NCBI GenBank assembly: GCA_036867785.1 | Contig: CP145419.1 | Coordinates: 620,001-684,000, forward strand | Direction: 5' to 3' | Origin: Plasmodiophora brassicae | Taxonomy: Eukaryota | DNA: 64,000 nt | Shown here: positions 25,353-35,516 of the stretch, piece after piece | Position numbering within the stretch: position 1 is the first letter of the stretch | Layout of the letters: each line of letters begins with the position of its first letter | Program-made: the position numbers and the translations under genes | Notes under the pieces: generated by a model | Seen by the model: the letters and a program-made list of their open reading frames with translations, nothing else | The model's database searches: none | What the model was told of the DNA's origin: nothing

Positions 25353-25702
25353 CGCGCGTCTCAAGCCACCGCACTGCGCCGGCGCACAACGGGCACGTCA
25401 AACAAAATCGATGGATGATGCTGGAACCTGCGGGCGTGCTTGCTATGTAGTGGACCTGCTCTATCCGGCCAGGGCGGGTTTATTTGTGTTTCGCGCTCTT
25501 CAGACAGGCGCCTCGGTCTCGGGACCGGCCAGGGCGAGGAGACGATCGTTGGGTGCGGGAAACTGGCTCGTGAGCGACACGGCATCATAAACCATCGTCC
25601 GGGGTCGGCCGATTCTCATACCTTTTAAGCGAAAGATTTCCTCAGTGATGCCGTGCGTCGTCGGACGACGGTTTATGATGTCGACATGTACGTACTACGT
25701 GA

Positions 25703-26843
25703 TCAGATGCCGGCGGCACGATGAACAGAATCGTCATCATCGTCGTCAACGTTCGGGCACAGGATGAAATCGATCCAGTTCTTGACGTTGACGGTATCGT
25801 CGGGACGGAACGAGTGCTGCATCAACAGCATGCCCTGTTCGTTCATCCGGAGGTGCGTCTGCTCCGCCAGGGCGAGCGCCTTCATCGTCAGGCGGATCAG
25901 CTGGATGTTGTACCGGACAGTAACGCTCTTCTTGCATTCCAGCACAGAAAAGATGTCTGGGTCGTCGGGAAACTCCATCTTCCGTGCGTCAGATCACCGA
26001 CCTGACATAGAGCACCCTGAAGGAATTCGGATACCTCACAGACGGCGCCCGTTCCATGCGATGCAAACTTGATAAACGTCGGTGAAGATGACATTGTCAC
26101 GTCAATCGACGTCGATCCAGGGACGTCCATCTCGCCAAGAGCGTCTCGAAGGAATGAAGACTGCGTACGAGCACGTCAGAAAGGGCCCACTCTCACACAT
26201 CGGGCACGAACCTTCATCACCACGCGATTGACGACGGGGTACGTCCTGAACCCGAAGTTCGCCATCAGAACTTCATCCAACGTGTTGATTTTACATTGCG
26301 TTACGATGCCCTGGTCCTCCAGCCTGAGCAGTCGACGCCGCCGGTTAGTTCGCAAACGCGCTAACACAAAAGGGCAGAACAACATACACAAGCACGATGG
26401 GATGACCAAACCCACAATACGAGAACTCGAAATGGGACTTGTCGCCGAACACTGTCAGGCACCGGTACAGGACCGTCAGGTTCACGGTCAGTTCGACCGA
26501 ATCGCTTGCCAGTTCGTAATCGATCAGCGTTTCCGGCTGCAGATATGCTCGACCCTGTCAACATCAGCAGCGTTGAACCACGAATTTTAGGCGCAGCAGG
26601 CAGACAGTGCAGTACCTGTATGGCTTTCGCCTTCTCCACTGCAATCAGGATGTTCTTCTTGTTGAAGCGGATCATGCCGACGGTGTCCTTCTTGTCGAAC
26701 AGCAACGCCGCCACCTAACGCCGATACCAGCTGTCATCACCGACGTTGCTCAGTTCGGTCACGAGAGCAGGCACCATCGACGACAGCGTTGCAGAGGACC
26801 CCATCTTGAACGCCACTTCCGGTGCATCGACACCGTCGTCCAT
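25703..26843 (-). CDS. RAD1: Rad1/Rec1 subunit of the 9-1-1 checkpoint clamp (multi-exon)
   Basis: ILIAVEKAKAIQ; GIVTQCKINT; FIKFASHGTGAVCE; RYNIQLIRLTMKALALAEQTHLRMNEQGMLLMQH...IDFILCP. Confidence 0.85.
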
Positions 26844-27010
26844 CACGAGCACCGCGTGGAAATTGCGGCCGCTCCACAAACGACGAAAGCACCACCACGA
26901 AACGTCGTTGCAAATTGGGAACCATCTCCACCCTGCTCGGGACCAATTGGCCGCTCTAACGGAAGCAGTGGTTCACTCGTGACGCGTCAACGACGTTTTA
27001 ATAGACATGA

Positions 27011-27291
27011 TCAGGAATGCTGCAGGAACGTCTCGTCGGGTGGCGATTGCATGACGTCGAAGACGGTCGTCCAGCTCCCCATGACGTGCGCCATCTCTGC
27101 GTGCAATCCGAACGGTCAGTCGCGACGCATCGGATGCGATGGGGCCGGCCGGACGGACTCTGCGTCTGCCCCGCCAGCAGCTCCATGGCGTCGCGCATCG
27201 CCTTCAGCTCGACGTGCAGCGACACCGTACAGGCGTGCAGCTCCTCGACCAGGCGCAGCTCGCGACGCTTCACCTCGGCGTCGCTAGGCAT
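27011..27291 (-). CDS. DAD2: DASH/Dam1 complex subunit Dad2-like (2 exons)
   Basis: KRRELRLVEELHACTVSLHVELKAMRDAMELLAGQTQ|KMAHVMGSWTTVFDVM matches the Dad2 pattern K..EL..L..L...S..L...L.......L..G.....VL.NW..V. Confidence 0.65.
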
Positions 27292-27416
27292 GGCGGGCGT
27301 CGTCGCCGCTGGCAATTCAGGGCCGCCCCGACAGACACCGCGCGCGCGCACCCGTTCACCTCGCCGCAAATACGGGGCCGCCGCCTTCTCTGCTCGCTCA
27401 TGGACATCATGCAAAT

Positions 27417-28475
27417 CTACATATCCGCTTTATTCTTCGGATCGTCGTCCTCGTTCGATTTGTCGTCGTCGTGATCGTCGTTCTCGTCCGATTCGTCATT
27501 CGCCGCCGTGGCGCCGTCATCGGGCTCGTCTGACGACGGGCGGTAGATCTCGTGACGAGGCCCGAAGATCGTCGTCCCGACACGGACAGTCGTCGCGCCA
27601 TACCGGATCTAACGCGTTCAACGCTTCAGGCACGCCGCTGGACAATGAATTGCGGTCGCACGCGTACCGCCGTTTCGAAGTCGTCGGACATGCCCATAGA
27701 CAGGTGGAGTTCGTCTTCGGCCATGCCAAGCGAATTGGCCACCTCCGAACGGCACGCCGCGAGTCTGTCGAAGCACGTGTCGTCGCCGTATTCCCCGATG
27801 GTCATCAGGCCGGCCAGCCTGAGTCGAGGGCACATGCGCACAATGTTCCAGGCCAATGGCAGGAGGTTCTCGATCGTGCAACCCGATTTCGCTGACAATG
27901 CCATGAGCAGCGACCAGCGCACCACAACAACCCGAGGCGCCTACTGTTCTCTTCAGAGGTCTTAACTTGGATGAACACATCTAGAATAGCCTTCGACAGC
28001 GGCGGCCAGTAGTGACCTGATGGCAAACGGTGATCAGTATCAGGAAAATACGACCGCGCACGCGTGATCATACAGGCCTGCTGGAGCTTGTTGGCAACGC
28101 GGATCGAGTCGACCGACTGCACGCACGATAATCTGGGGCACCGCACCAGTTTCTTACACTTGTTCATCTGCAGGTGCCCGATGAAATGCCATTCCAGGTC
28201 GTCCAGATCCCGAAGCATGTCCTGCTTGTTCCTCATCTCGTTGATATAGTTCTCTCCAAACACGCGCTACCGGGACCAGTCAGGCGTCACCATGCGCCAC
28301 CCTGACCGACGAGGTCGCTCACCTGGCCAGCGCGGTACGCTTCGCGGATCGCCGCCGCCGGCTTGCTCTTCGACACCGCTACGAGTGACACGCCCTGCCT
28401 CCCAGGCGACATGGCCGACGCCGCCGATATCCGCTGCAGCACGCTTCTCACATTCTCGTACACGTTGGGCGGCAT
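27417..28475 (-). CDS. PLPBP: PLP homeostasis protein YggS/PROSC, canonical copy
   Basis: LVAVSKSKP, FGENY, WHFIGHLQMNK, GLMTIG, LSMGMSDDFETA, GATTVRVGTTIFG; acidic tail. Confidence 0.9.
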
Positions 28476-28614
28476 ACCGACAGCAACGACCGTCGCGCAG
28501 CAGCGCCACTCCGCGACTGACCAACTACCCTCTGGCTCTGCAGTCTGCAGCTACGACCACTAACTGCAGGACAAGACGCGGAACCTGCGGGAAGCCCATG
28601 TACATGTAAGGTAG

Positions 28615-31094
28615 CTAGAAGGGTTGGGCGGCAGGCGACGCGCCCGCGTCCGCGGTGATGATGACGGGATGCCTCGGCGACGCGTACTGGATGCCGAGTT
28701 TGACGAGCTTGGCACAGACGTGCTTCCGCAGGCCAAAGTCGGCGGAACGGAACGACCCGGGTTCGCGCCAGGCGATCTTGGACTCGACTCGCAGTTCGAG
28801 GAGCACCGCGTTCGCCTGCGTGATGTCGGAAACGTGGATGTTGACCCGCGGTTTCCAGTGCTGCGGGTTCCGCATGGTGTAGCTGAGGATGGATTGGCGC
28901 AGGCGCTCTAGCTGCTCGAGTGGCGTGCTGATGGAGATCTCGGTCTTGATAATACTGATGGCGCACTCGGGGCCGTACGACAGATTCAAGATGTCCTGGT
29001 CGCACAGACGCTGGTTCGACATTCTCGTGATTTTGTTCGCAGGGTCGCGAAGCCTTGTCTCCAGCAAACCTATCAGTGGCAGAATAAGCACAGCGGCTGG
29101 GTCGCCGGTCCACACGATTAGGCACCGATTTGGACCACGGTGTAAGGCTTTCCTTCAATCATCACGATGTCGTTGACCGCGAACGGCTTGCTGCCGAAGA
29201 CGAAAACAATGCATTCTACACAGCCAGGCATGGTTCTTAGAGGAGCGCCGGTACAACGTGATTGTCGAAACATACCCACGATGCGACTAATCGATTTGCT
29301 GGTGGCAAACGAGAATGAGAAGATCAACGTGGAAAGAACGACCATCAAATTCTAGATGGCAAATTGACCCAACATCAGTTCAAGAGCGCGATTGCTTACA
29401 CCTTCTTTCTATACCTGGAATTCCAGCTGAAACACGCTTGTAATCACGAAAATCATACAGACCCAGAACACCGATTTCGTCGCAGTTTCAATCAACCCAG
29501 ATAGGTTGAAGAAACTGGTGAGTCGACCCACTAGAGCGGACCGACGCAAACGGAAGCGTTGCATAGCCGAAACAAAGTCATTCGAATCGATGCGGCGTTT
29601 CTCCTCGACAGAAGAGTCATCCGAAAAGAGTAGACGAAACGATCGTTTGGCCAGCTTCCTATCGTTCTGCAACACCTGGTGTTAAACAGTTGCCACGGGA
29701 GTTGCACACACGATTACCATGAAGATCTCGCACCAGTCACTAAGCGTGATATAGTTCGAGTCCTTTTCACTGATCAGGTTGTCGAAGATAACATTCGCCA
29801 TCATTGTCAACTACGTCAGCAATTAGAACAGCGCCGACAGCATGTTTCGGGTACATACCTCGTTCTCATTTGATAACTCAACGCGAGCCTCACTTGAATA
29901 CGCCCAAGACCGCCCCGAGCCAACTTGATCGAGCGGCAACGATAATGCTGTGGTCCTCAGATCTTCGACTTTCTTCATGAAGTGCTCCTCTGCGATGTCA
30001 CTGAGACGTTTCTTCAGAAGATCGCTGGACACAACATTGTCCGTGCAGCATAGCGCATCAATGACGATGCGCTCCAAGAAGTGCATGTCCTCAACAGTCT
30101 TCCCGAACGACTTCCAAGCAAGGTTCCGTTCGATGACCTTCAGGACGATATTTCTCACAACGAGCGAGCCAATGATAACGTAGACCGCCTGTAGCACGTG
30201 CTTAACGAAGGAGGTGGTCGATGGACCAGGACCGCCATGTCTACAAACACCCCAGTCCGCTTGTTAGAGACAGCACGACCAGAGGCACACGCGAATCGGT
30301 TACCCTTCCCACCAGGAAATCAGGAACCAATCCAGAGAAGCGAACAAGAGTATCACGCGAAGCCAATTCGATGACGCATTGAACGCGATATACACAAGCC
30401 ACGGCGGACGGTGTGGAATATACTCAATCGACGACATGAACGCGAACTCGATAATCCCGCACCCCAAGTAAACGAGCGTGACCAGACCTGCGCGTGATCT
30501 TAAATACAGATTGTCAGAGACGGCCGACTCCGTACCGGGCATGGCGAAAGCCATCCACGCTTTGGCTCGGACGATCAGGAAATTGGGATCGTAGAAATAG
30601 AAGCTGGCGCCCAGGACAAACGACATTACCATCAGCATAATGGCGAGCTGATTCGTCCTCATGCATCGTGCCATCCGATGCATCACCCAGGACCATCTCG
30701 TCTTTCGTTTCTCCTCGAACAACGACACCGTGTGCCAAGGCGACCGCTTTCCGGTCACCGTGTTCCCAGGCAGCGCCCGGACGACGCTGAACTTTAACGT
30801 TTTTTCCCAGCGATTGGCCTCATCGTCATCAGTAGCGACCCCTTTGTCCTCTTCACTCCCCGACCCGCTACCCCTTTTGGTTGCCGGCAACGGTGGCCCC
30901 ACCTGAATGCCTCCGGACGTGGGCTCGGCCGTGACGTTGGCAACCTTGTCGTGACTGTTGATAAACAGGTCCCTCAAATTCGGAAGACGTCGTTCGGACG
31001 CGTGTACGCCCAGTAGCTCGACAGTGGTGCCGTCGTCCTGCTCCGCTTGGTCGCGGGCTTCCTCGTCCTCATCGGCCTTACGAGAACGAAGCAT
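28615..31094 (-). CDS. MscS-family (MSL-type) mechanosensitive channel (multi-exon)
   Basis: Multiple TM exons; ANVIFDNL...YITLSDW; FSFSFATSKSISRIV|ECIVFVFGSKPFAVNDIVMIEGKPYTVVQIG; MSNQRL...ILNLS; KLVKLGIQY. Confidence 0.85.
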
Positions 31095-31321
31095 TTCTGC
31101 GCGCGCACCGCCCGGGCCCCGTTCAGTCAAGGTGACGGATCACACAGTGCAAGGCCTTGGGGGCCTCTACGTAGGTAGGTTAACTAGGTAATTAATGGGC
31201 ACGTCATGGGGTATCGGGGGGTACTGTGCCGGATATGCTCGCCCACTGGGCTAGGGTACCGCTCTCAAAAGCAGGAAACGACGTCTGTCCTGCAAAGGTG
31301 TCGCGGGATCGCCCTGTATTG

Positions 31322-32076
31322 TCATTCCGAATATTCCATGAGAAACTTAAGAATAGAGTCGATGTTTTCGCGTGTCTTGCACGACGCTGACACTAAGGCA
31401 ACATCACGATGAGCTTCAAGTTTCGGAAGATCGCTGTCCATAAATGGGTCAGAGCGGTGAGATGTGAACGCGAACAAGCGCGCTTACAGCTGCTCGCCGA
31501 CACGTTCCGGTGCACTGGCGTGTGGCAGGTCGGACTTGTTCGCCATGACAAGCACAGGGACTGAAGGGCAAGTCATGTTGGGTTCGGTGGAATAACGGGC
31601 GCTCATCAGTACTATGTTTCATGCGCGGGTGACTCATGATGGCATGCAATTCCTGTTTTGCAATGGACATTTCGCCAGCGTTGGCGCTGTCCACGACGAA
31701 GACTACGACGTGAGCGCCGCGAACATATCGAGGCCACATTTCACGGAACCGGGGTGACCCTCCCAGGTCCCACACCTGTCGTGAGACCAGTTAGCTTCAT
31801 GTCACAAACTGCTGACGATGTACTACGACCTTCAATGTGACATTTCCCTTGACAATTCTTTCGAAGTGGTATCCCACCGTAGGGACAATAACATCTGAAC
31901 CGTGTACTACTGTAAGAGAGTCCAAAGAAGGCTTGTTGCTCGTACACCATACCATCGGCATCGTTTCCTGCTATGAGACTGACGAGTGAGCTCTTGCCTG
32001 CGTTCTGAAGGCCCAGAATCGCCATCTCCAGTTCGAGCTGCCAGAAACTGGAAATCCAGGAGACGACGTTCCCCAT
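31322..32076 (-). CDS. ARL8: ARL8-like small GTPase (multi-exon)
   Basis: SFWQLELEMAILGLQNAGKSSLV, VPTVGY, KGNVTLK|VWDLGGSPRFREMWPRYVRG, VLVMANKSDLP, SASCKTRENIDSILKFL. Confidence 0.85.
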
Positions 32077-32211
32077 CGCAGATGATTGTCCTGTGACGAC
32101 GACTCAGCGGCCGGGCTCGGCCACCACCCACGCTCAAGTGCCTGCCAGACTCCGACACCCATCGCGAACAATTCCCGCAATGCAACAGGAAACTGAGTAA
32201 TATAGCGCATA

Positions 32212-33444
32212 ATGGAACAGATGTCTATATGTTCCATGCCCTCCTTCTGTGTAGTGACAGGTGGGAAGGTTCCCGACCTGGACGGGTGAAGGTCACGGCG
32301 TGCGAGAGTCGCTCACGGACATCAGTGCGGCGTCAGTTCGATTGGCAACGCGATGCTGAAGTCAACGATCCCTCTCTCGCTGCAGGCTGTCCGCGACAGG
32401 ATAGCGTCGGCGATGGCTGCATCGACGCAGAAGCAGACGCAGGTGGAGCTCATTGCTGTATCCATGAGCAAGGCGAGAGCGGCGATCTTACAGGCGTATA
32501 CTGCCGGGCAGGTAATATGAACGCCACCTGTGGCGCCCGAAGACGTATGGACTGATGCCGGCGGCAGAGAAAATTCGGTGAGCTTCACGCGTCTGAGCTT
32601 CGTGCAAAATGTGAAGCATTGCCCGATGATTGTGAGTGGCATTTCATCGGCCACCTGAAGAACAGCGCGGTCTGCAAGGCTCTCGTCAAATGCAAGAATA
32701 TTGCAATGGTTGAAACCGTACCAAGCATAAACGTCGCCGACAGCTTGCAGAGAGCTGGTACGGACACGTTTGTTCGACCCGGACACATTGTTGCTCATAA
32801 GTCGGCCGTCAGTATCGAAGTCACATCTGTATAAGGATAAGGTGATGGACGTGCTGGTCCAAGTGAGAACTGGGCCGGAGCCTGGTAGGGACAGGGGCCT
32901 CTTCCGGAGCATGGTTATACTGACGGCTCAATGCGCAGCTGATTCCGGGTGCACGGTTGAACAGAGCCTCTTGCTGGCTCATCACGTCCATAGGAAGTGT
33001 AAATCGTTACGATTTCGCGGCATCATGGGGATCGCAAAAAGTCGCAAGTGTTACCGTATTCTACAAGCCGTACGCGCCGAGCTTTCCGCCGCCCTCAAAC
33101 TCGAGGAGAATGACCTAATATTGTCTCTGGGAAACTCGACCAACTTCGAAGACACGGTACGCACATCTGGTAGATTGTTGATTTGCACCTGTTAACGGAA
33201 CAAACAGATCGCATACGGAGCCACCCAAGTTCGTGTAGGGACGGCCATCTTTGGCAAGAAATACGTAGCGTTCACCTCAGAAGCGGGGGACAGTATCCCG
33301 AACTGGGATGCTGAACCTGGCACAGACAGGTCCAGTTCATATCAGTGTGGTAATGATGATGACTCCGAGCCCGACACCGAAAATGCAACCTGTAGTGATG
33401 GGCACGACAACGATGACGACACTAGGCCGCAGATGGCAGCCTAA
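32212..33444 (+). CDS. Divergent YggS/PLPBP paralogue (5' end uncertain)
   Basis: VELIAVSMSKARAAILQAYTAGQ|RKFGELH...WHFIGHLKNS, VLVQVRTGPEP, FRGIMGI, LSLGNSTNFEDT|IAYGATQVRVGTAIFG; acidic tail. Confidence 0.8.
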
Positions 33445-33695
33445 TAAATCCATGGATCGTTCCGGGTAGACACTCCGTCCTGAATATGTCACAATGTGCA
33501 GTATGGTGTACTCTCCGTATGCTCGACATGCGTATAATCCTGGGTAGGTGGGCTATGTGCACTGGCTCTTCACGTATTCGCACGTGACCACATACGCGGG
33601 CATTTACCCGTGGTGGGACACTGCGCAAATTGCATACCGGTAGTTGTGCCGTGACGGACGGAGTGCGTCGCGCGGTGCGCGGCAGACGACGAAGC

Positions 33696-35381
33696 ATGAC
33701 GCTAGCCGCAGCCATCGTCGAGCCGGTTAGACGGCATCTACACGATCGTCTGCCGAAGATCTGCGATGCCGATCCGGACGCATTATCGACGTACATTCTT
33801 GCGTTGCTGCAGCGGGATCAGCCAGCGAGCGCGCTGCGCGAATCGTGCGCCAAAGAGCTGGATGAGTTCCTAGGTTCGCAGACGTCCGCGTTCGTCGATG
33901 ACCTGTTCACAGTTATTTCCGACTTCGACAAACAGCAGCAACAGTCGGTCGCTCCGGCACCGACGTCTCCGCCTCGGCGCTCTTCGTCTCCTGGCCGTCA
34001 TGCGCCATACGATCGTCGTGGCACCAAACGCCGATATGACGATGATCGCCGTCGCGATCGCTACGATCCCATGGATCGCGGTTCGACGTTCATCGATTAT
34101 CGCGGACCTATGTCAGGTCCATATGGGCCACGTCCTAGGCATGGAGATGATCACGGGCACCCTCGTCAACGACGGCCGTCGACGTCGATGAATGGTGGCG
34201 GTCCATCGCCACAGCACCCGCACAAACCGACGAACTTGTTCGTGTCGAACGTACCGCCGCACCTGAACAATCTGGCGACTCTATCGGCTCACTTCTCGCG
34301 GTTCGGCGAGATTGTCAACCTGCAGATCAAAGCCGATCAATGCAAGGCGTTTATACAGTTCAAGACGCACGAGCAGGCGAAAGCGGCGCTGGGCTGCCCG
34401 GAGGCGGTCGCCAACAATCGGTTCATCCGGGTGTACTGGGCACGCTATGATCCAATGGACAAGAGTGCCCGGTTGGCTAGCGACCTCGCTGCTGAGTCTG
34501 ATGAGGCGGCCGAGGTACGACATTGTCCCGTTATCGTCCTGGGTATTAACGATTCATTTGGTCGACAGGCGCTTCGTGCTCAAGAACGTGAAGCTCAGGC
34601 GCGTCGTGAACGGGCGAGCTTGACTGCCGATCTGTCATCGAAAACGAACATGCTGTCCAAACTGAAGAGCATGACGGGAGAAAACGCTGCGCGCGCGGCC
34701 CAGATAGCAACCCTGGAATCGCAGGTTGCCGAGGCCGAGAAGAAGCTATCTGAGCTCCCTGCTGTTCCGGACGAGCCATCCCCGGCTGCCTCTGCGGCTG
34801 GCGCTCAAGCAGCACCGTCAATCCAAGAAGAGCTTGCGCTGGCTGAACGGGAAGCCGCCGCCTATGGCATTATCGACGCTCACGGAAACATTATCGATGG
34901 CGGTCGAGGAGGGTTTCGAGGACGCGGAAGGGGTCGAGGTGCTCGTGGCACTGCGCGTGGTGCTATCACTGGACGCCAGTCCATGACTCTGGACAACCGG
35001 ACTCGTACGTTGTGCGTTCGTGGGATCCCTGAGACGTACGCCAACGAGAAGATGATCCGGTCGCATTTCCAAAGCTTCGGCGAGATAACGCGTGTTGCAA
35101 TGGGAGCGCTGGACGCACCTACCACTGCCTTGGTCGAATTTCGTACGAGGAACATGGCGCAGGTTGCCTTGAAGCACGGCAGGAGCATGTTGCAGAATCC
35201 GCTCGAGCTCGAGTGGTCCGAGAACGGGTTCCCATCTGACGGTGGTGCGACTGTCGGCAGCGCTCCGCCCAGCGAACAGGCTTCGCCTCGCCCGACTGCT
35301 GCTCCAGCGCCCGTGATCGTCAACGACGGCCTAAGTGATGATGAGGAGGACGAAGACAAAGATCGCTCGTGGAAACGGTGA
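33696..35381 (+). CDS. RBM26/RBM27-like RNA-binding protein (PWI + 2 RRM)
   Basis: LPKICDADPDALSTYILALL (PWI); LFVSNVPPHLNNLATLSAHFSRFGEIVNLQ...AVANNRFIRVYW; LDNRTRTLCV; C-terminal DEDKDRSWKR. Confidence 0.88.
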   Translation: MTLAAAIVEPVRRHLHDRLPKICDADPDALSTYILALLQRDQPASALRESCAKELDEFLGSQTSAFVDDLFTVISDFDKQQQQSVAPAPTSPPRRSSSPGRHAPYDRRGTKRRYDDDRRRDRYDPMDRGSTFIDYRGPMSGPYGPRPRHGDDHGHPRQRRPSTSMNGGGPSPQHPHKPTNLFVSNVPPHLNNLATLSAHFSRFGEIVNLQIKADQCKAFIQFKTHEQAKAALGCPEAVANNRFIRVYWARYDPMDKSARLASDLAAESDEAAEVRHCPVIVLGINDSFGRQALRAQEREAQARRERASLTADLSSKTNMLSKLKSMTGENAARAAQIATLESQVAEAEKKLSELPAVPDEPSPAASAAGAQAAPSIQEELALAEREAAAYGIIDAHGNIIDGGRGGFRGRGRGRGARGTARGAITGRQSMTLDNRTRTLCVRGIPETYANEKMIRSHFQSFGEITRVAMGALDAPTTALVEFRTRNMAQVALKHGRSMLQNPLELEWSENGFPSDGGATVGSAPPSEQASPRPTAAPAPVIVNDGLSDDEEDEDKDRSWKR

Positions 35382-35503
35382 TGTGCCAGCGTACTACCTA
35401 CTTCAGCAGCCCAAGATCATACACATCGAAAAGTTATCACATATTTGTACATAGGTGGTGCACATCGAAAAGGCACGTATCACCTGTAGAACCAGTCTTC
35501 ATC

Positions 35504-35515
35504 CTTTGCCGTCGA
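35504..35515 (+). repeat. Target-site duplication, left copy (CTTTGCCGTCGA)
   Basis: Identical to 37884-37895. Confidence 0.9.
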
Positions 35516-35516
35516 C

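Noticed and set aside
35422-35483. Short direct repeat CACATCGAAAAG...TATCAC upstream of the LINE
   Set aside because: Lies outside the TSD-defined element; two short imperfect copies with no assignable function.
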